DNA of 10,517 bases from NCBI GenBank assembly GCA_043822305.1, contig JBDRBU010000075.1, forward strand, positions 1 to 10,517, given 5' to 3'. Of the stretch, positions 6,703 through 10,517 are shown piece after piece (positions within the stretch are counted from its first letter, which is position 1; each line of letters opens with the position of its first letter). Source of the DNA: Candidatus Firestoneibacteriota bacterium. Lineage in GTDB: Bacteria > Oederibacteriota > D2-FULL-39-29 > JBDRBU01. Both the position numbers and the translations under genes were made by a program. Under the pieces are notes generated by a model. That model made no database searches and was not told the origin of the DNA. It saw only the letters and a list, made by a program, of their open reading frames with translations.

Positions 6703-8608
6703 TATATGTTGGAAATAATTCCAAATCTGTATGTGGTAAAAATAAAGCACACACATATTCATCCATATAACCTGGTTCTACACTTAACTCAAACGATGTC
6801 ATTTTTTTAGCAATAGATTCACATTTATCCCTCGCTGATTCTGATAAAAGAAACTCTCTGGCACCCGTTAAAGAACTATTACCAATAAATTCAAATCTAT
6901 TCCTCGGTAAATCTGGAAGCAATCCAAAGAATATTGCTTTCTCAATATTAAGATGAGAACCAAATGCACCAGCGATATAATAATGTTTAACATCATCAAT
7001 AGGAATATTTAATTTTCTTAACATAATTAAAGTTCCCGCAAAAATAGCTGCTTTTGCCCTGATAAGATTTGTAATATCATTTTCAGTAATAACTATATCA
7101 TCACCCATATCGGTATCCTTTCCCCAAACTAATACAAATTCTTTACATTCTCCATTATGTCTTACTTTATTAGTTGACAAATTATCATTTATCTTTCCTC
7201 TTCTATCTATAACTCCACTTTTAAGTAATTCTCCCAATAAATCAATCAAACCAGAACCGCATATTCCATGAGGTTTCACATTGCCAATTACTGAATATTC
7301 TATTTCAAATCTTTTATCTATGGATGTTGTTTCTATTGCTCCATTTCTTGCACGCATCCCGGATGTTATTCCACTCCCTTCAAAAGCAGGTCCAGCAGAA
7401 CAAGCAGAGCAACAAAGCCAATCTTTATTTCCTAAAACTATCTCGCCATTTGTCCCCATATCAATAAGAATTGATAAATCTTTTGATTCTGCTATGCCTG
7501 ATGCAAGAACCCCTGCTGCAATATCCCCGCCAACATAACTAGCCACACAAGGTAAGGTTGCAAGTAATCCCCTTGGATTTATTTTAATCCCAACTTCTGA
7601 TGCACGAATTACTGGAACAAAACTTGCCGTAGGTATATAAGGCTCTTTTCTTATATAACCCGGGTCAATCCCCAGAAGTAAATGTGTCATGGTAGTATTT
7701 CCTGCACATGTAATCCCTGTTATATGATGAAGTTTAATTTTACTTTCAGATACAAGTGAATTTATAAGTGTATTAATATTTTCAACAACTGCATTTCTTA
7801 AATCATCTAATCCCTTTTTTTCTGTTGCATAAATAATTCTTGATATTACATCACTACCATAACTAATTTGTTTATTATAAGTTCCCTTAACTCCCAGAAT
7901 CTCACCTGTACTTAAATTAACTATCTCGGCCACAACTGTTGTTGTCCCAACATCAACAGAAATTCCAAAATTATTAAAAGATGTATCCCCTTTTTCTATT
8001 TGAATTACTTCAGTAGTTTTATTACGCATACCTAAAGTAACAGTGGCTTTCCAATTACCTTCTCTAAGTAAATTACCAATTTGTTTAATAACCGATAGTC
8101 CAGTTTGCATAATAGGAAAATCATAATATTTTTTTATCTCTCTATAAATTCTTTCTAAATCACTTTTATTATCTTTTATAGAAGGAGTAGGCAAATCAAG
8201 AGATAATTTAATGGTTAATGGGGACAATTTAAATCCAGTTTTTTTTTCTAAACTTTCTGTTCTTGCAAAATCTGAAACTTTACTATATAATTTCTCCTTA
8301 CCTAAAAGAATTTGTCCTTCATCTAATTTGGATTCTAAAGGAACTTCAATTTCTAAATCATCATTTATAGTAATTAAACATGCCAATACATACCCTTTTT
8401 GCACTTCACTTCTATCAAGGTGAAGCGTAGAAGGAGAAGTAACTTCTCCACTTTTTACTATAACTTTACATTTTCCACAAACACCATCTCCACCACAAAC
8501 ACTATTAATTTCAATATTAGATTTTCTTGCTAATTCTAACAAATTCTCGCCTTCACAAGCGGTAACAACAACATTATCCGGATAAAATTTTATTTTATAT
8601 GTTTTCAT
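6677..8608 (-). CDS. acsV: Reductive activator of corrinoid protein (RACo/AcsV; N-terminal 2Fe-2S ferredoxin plus ASKHA ATPase, DUF4445)
   Basis: 643 aa with the 2Fe-2S motif CGGDGVCGKC...LAC, DVGTTT, YGSDVISRI, GNTTMTHL, YVGGDI, DMGTNGE, CSAGPAFEG, GICGSG and FLPHTD; upstream of acsD-acsE. Confidence 0.92.
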   Translation of the reverse strand: MKTYKIKFYPDNVVVTACEGENLLELARKSNIEINSVCGGDGVCGKCKVIVKSGEVTSPSTLHLDRSEVQKGYVLACLITINDDLEIEVPLESKLDEGQILLGKEKLYSKVSDFARTESLEKKTGFKLSPLTIKLSLDLPTPSIKDNKSDLERIYREIKKYYDFPIMQTGLSVIKQIGNLLREGNWKATVTLGMRNKTTEVIQIEKGDTSFNNFGISVDVGTTTVVAEIVNLSTGEILGVKGTYNKQISYGSDVISRIIYATEKKGLDDLRNAVVENINTLINSLVSESKIKLHHITGITCAGNTTMTHLLLGIDPGYIRKEPYIPTASFVPVIRASEVGIKINPRGLLATLPCVASYVGGDIAAGVLASGIAESKDLSILIDMGTNGEIVLGNKDWLCCSACSAGPAFEGSGITSGMRARNGAIETTSIDKRFEIEYSVIGNVKPHGICGSGLIDLLGELLKSGVIDRRGKINDNLSTNKVRHNGECKEFVLVWGKDTDMGDDIVITENDITNLIRAKAAIFAGTLIMLRKLNIPIDDVKHYYIAGAFGSHLNIEKAIFFGLLPDLPRNRFEFIGNSSLTGAREFLLSESARDKCESIAKKMTSFELSVEPGYMDEYVCALFLPHTDLELFPTYNSPLTKGE

Positions 8609-8620
8609 TTATTATGAACA

Positions 8621-8635
8621 AAAAACCTGGTTTTT
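8621..8635. promoter_or_regulatory. Perfect 7-1-7 palindrome AAAAACC-T-GGTTTTT, possible operator upstream of acsV
   Basis: Lies 12 bp upstream of the acsV ATG. It is low-complexity, so it may be chance. Confidence 0.3.
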
Positions 8636-8807
8636 AAATCACATCATATATAGTACAATATTATTATGTAATTTTTGATGATTTTTACATGATCCAAAGA
8701 CCATGCACTACATTTATTAACTACTTAAACAGCCTGATTGAATAAAATTGGACAACTACAATATATTATTTCAAATCCCACATTTAGAACGACTTACATA
8801 ATACCTG

Positions 8808-9731
8808 TTATTTATAATGATTCGCCCAAATGTTATACCTCGTCCCATCAGACTGACGCCAAACCGCAATCCCATTTCCATTTGTATCTACGGCTATCTG
8901 GGGGTAGAGAGCACTTCCCGTATTATTAGTTTCAATCAATTCTACAGTTCCCCAACCAGTTCCTGCTACATATCGGTTCGCCCAAATGTTCCACCTCGTC
9001 CCATCATACTGATACCAAACCGCAATCCCATTTCCATTTGTATCTACGGCTATCTGGGGGTAGAGAGCATCCCCCACATTATCAGTTTCAATCAATGCCG
9101 CAATTCCCCAACCAGTTCCTGCTACATATCGTCTCGCCCAAATGTTATACATCATCCCATCAGACTGATACCAAACCGCAATCCCATTTCCATTTGTATC
9201 TACGGCTATCTGGGGGTAGGTAGCACTTCCCGCATTATAAGTTTCAATCAATGCTGCAGTTCCCCAAACCCCTGCTCTAACAGTAAAAGACCATTTCGGT
9301 CCAACCGTAGAAGCTCCCTTATTATCCTTTGCTACTATCTGCCAGTAATAGGTATTATTAAAAGCCAAATTACCAGGATCATAGTTGCTCACTCCTACAT
9401 TACTGGAAACTAAAGAAGGTGAAGAAGATGTCCCAAAACATACATCATAAGTTACTGGGTCTCCATCAGGATCCCCTCCTGTCCAGGAAAGATATACAGT
9501 AGGTTCCTGATTAGTTGCCGCATTAACCGGTGATGGATTACCTGGAACATTAGGAGCGGTATTTCCTTTCTTTTTCTCTTCCACTTTTTTATCCAGAGCT
9601 TCTACCTTTTTCTTAATCACACTAGGCAATCCTATCCCAAATTCAGCATAAACTACATAGCAAACTAAATTAATTATACTAAAAATAAATATACTGCTTA
9701 TGATAATTTTTTTCTTCATTTCTTTTCTCAT
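8808..9731 (-). CDS. Secreted protein: signal peptide, Lys-rich helical linker, Fn3-like domain, three 52-aa beta-propeller-blade-like repeats
   Basis: Basic/hydrophobic signal ending ...VYA; NTAPNVPGNPSP...LSWTGGDPDGDPVTYDV...TYYWQIVAKD...KWSFT (Fn3-like); 3x PQIAVDTNGNGIAVW. ATGA overlap with the upstream gene and a GGAGG RBS. Confidence 0.8.
   Translation of the reverse strand: MRKEMKKKIIISSIFIFSIINLVCYVVYAEFGIGLPSVIKKKVEALDKKVEEKKKGNTAPNVPGNPSPVNAATNQEPTVYLSWTGGDPDGDPVTYDVCFGTSSSPSLVSSNVGVSNYDPGNLAFNNTYYWQIVAKDNKGASTVGPKWSFTVRAGVWGTAALIETYNAGSATYPQIAVDTNGNGIAVWYQSDGMMYNIWARRYVAGTGWGIAALIETDNVGDALYPQIAVDTNGNGIAVWYQYDGTRWNIWANRYVAGTGWGTVELIETNNTGSALYPQIAVDTNGNGIAVWRQSDGTRYNIWANHYK
8811..9266 (-). 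repeat. Intragenic tandem repeat, 156-bp period, about 3 copies
   Basis: An identical 47-bp core occurs at 8859-8905, 9015-9061 and 9171-9217 (spacing exactly 156 bp). Confidence 0.95.
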
Positions 9732-10240
9732 TTCTTCCCTCCTTCGAAGTAATATGTAAGACCAATATTGAGAACAAAAGATATCCCATTCTCTGTCTCT
9801 TTGGTATCTTTGTCCTGTAATGTAATATATGTCGGACCAATATCTATCCCTGCACTGATGTTTGGAGTAACGAAATATTCGCTACCAATAAATAATCCTA
9901 CTGCTAACCCAATCCCCTCAGAAGATGCTCCCTTAAATCCTATGTAATCAATTTCTACTCCACCTAAAAAAATTAATTGATCTTGAGGATTGTAATTATA
10001 GTGATACCTTGAACCTAAAACAAAAACCCCTTCCCAAAGTTGACTCTTTAACTCTAAAATATGATAAGCAGATAAACCATACTTTATCCCTATTCCGGGA
10101 AAATTAAGATTTATCCCCCATCTATCTTCTAAAGTTACAACCTTCTTTGCAGTCGTGTCTGTAGACTCTACACTTACCTCTTCTGCCAAACATACTACAC
10201 TTACTAACATTACTATGCATCCTATTAACATCTTCTTCAT
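9728..10240 (-). CDS. Small outer-membrane beta-barrel-like protein
   Basis: 170 aa with a signal peptide and alternating Gly/aromatic amphipathic strands (WGINL, GIGIKY, GSRYHY, GLFIGSEYF, GIDIG, NIGLTYYF); GGAGG RBS at 10251-10247. Confidence 0.7.
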   Translation of the reverse strand: MKKMLIGCIVMLVSVVCLAEEVSVESTDTTAKKVVTLEDRWGINLNFPGIGIKYGLSAYHILELKSQLWEGVFVLGSRYHYNYNPQDQLIFLGGVEIDYIGFKGASSEGIGLAVGLFIGSEYFVTPNISAGIDIGPTYITLQDKDTKETENGISFVLNIGLTYYFEGGKK

Positions 10241-10273
10241 TTTAAACCTCCAAATATAGATTTTTTATACCTG

Positions 10274-10371
10274 TTATTTATAATGATTCGCCCAAATGTT
10301 CCACCTCGTCCCATCATACTGACGCCAAACCGCAATCCCATTTCCATTTGTATCTACGGCTATCTGGGGGT
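10274..10371 (-). pseudogene. 3'-terminal remnant of a paralog of the 8808-9731 repeat protein (PQIAVDTNGNGIAVWRQYDGTRWNIWANHYK*)
   Basis: 10267-10371 matches 8801-8905 at 102/105 nt, including the stop codon and 7 nt downstream. The frame has no ATG/GTG/TTG before an upstream in-frame stop at 10444-10442. Confidence 0.8.
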
Positions 10372-10378
10372 TGTAAAC

Positions 10379-10402
10379 AGGTTCTTCAGGTTTGATTGTA
10401 GA
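10379..10402 (-). repeat. 24-bp repeat, right copy (inverted relative to 118-141)
   Basis: AGGTTCTTCAGGTTTGATTGTAGA is the exact reverse complement of 118-141. Confidence 0.9.
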
Positions 10403-10435
10403 AAATTTATTTAATATTTCTACCTTTGCCTGAAG

Positions 10436-10476
10436 CCTCCTTTAATTTGAATTTATCCTAATTTAAGGTTAGGATA
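10436..10476 (-). promoter_or_regulatory. Orphan Shine-Dalgarno plus 8-7-8 inverted repeat
   Basis: Minus strand AAAGGAGG (10443-10436); TATCCTAA (10454-10461) and TTAGGATA (10469-10476) are perfect reverse complements. Confidence 0.4.
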
Positions 10477-10517
10477 TTGACCTTTTTACAGTTCAATTCT
10501 TCACTGTGTATTTTATC

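Noticed and set aside
1050..8423. Short plus-strand ORFs (1050, 2006, 2366, 4043, 4950, 5328, 6467, 7281, 8211)
   Set aside because: All lie antisense to well-supported conserved genes and have no recognisable motifs.
8811..9266. CRISPR array (identical 47-bp cores at regular spacing)
   Set aside because: The intervening sequences are 109 bp and homologous to each other, the period is a multiple of 3 inside an intact ORF, and there are no cas genes.
8738..9413. Plus-strand ORFs 8738-8929, 8817-9413 and 9038-9223 with repeated peptides
   Set aside because: They are antisense shadows of the 156-bp coding repeat. The minus-strand protein has a signal peptide, an RBS and coherent domains.
10267..10371. 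Diversity-generating retroelement with this copy as template repeat and 8801-8905 as variable repeat
   Set aside because: The three mismatches are not confined to adenines of either copy on either strand. They equal alleles of the middle repeat, A-rich codons in the core are invariant, and no reverse transcriptase or Avd gene is in the window.
118..10402. Autonomous or composite transposon
   Set aside because: There is no transposase or integrase between the repeats, no target-site duplication is evident outside them, and the cargo is housekeeping. Kept only as an unexplained repeat pair.
10454..10476. Integron attC site or dif site
   Set aside because: It is too short for attC, lacks proper RYYYAAC/GTTRRRY cores, and does not match the XerC/XerD arm consensus.

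Overview
AT-rich bacterial window in which every credible gene lies on the minus strand. In transcription order (right to left) it contains three blocks. (1) An accessory surface-protein module: a 5'-truncated remnant of a repeat-protein gene (10274-10371), a small outer-membrane beta-barrel-like gene (9728-10240), and a secreted protein with an Fn3-like domain plus three 52-aa tandem repeats (8808-9731). (2) A partial Wood-Ljungdahl methyl-transfer cluster: acsV/RACo, acsD, acsE (8608-4874), with no acsA/B/C/F in the window. (3) A tightly packed, probably separately promoted run: tyrA, a secreted hypothetical protein, a PilZ protein, bioD, bioA and a DUF2007-like gene (4830-374). A further gene probably starts at 16 and runs off the left edge. 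Four features are unexplained. An exact 24-bp sequence occurs in inverted orientation near both ends of the window (118-141 and 10379-10402). The orphan fourth repeat copy is a mosaic of two in-gene repeats. The repeats differ mostly by amino-acid-changing substitutions around an invariant 47-bp core. A GC-rich REP-like palindrome forms the acsV C-terminus. No transposase, integrase, reverse transcriptase, RNA gene or CRISPR array was recognised. All calls come from motif recognition by eye, without database searches.
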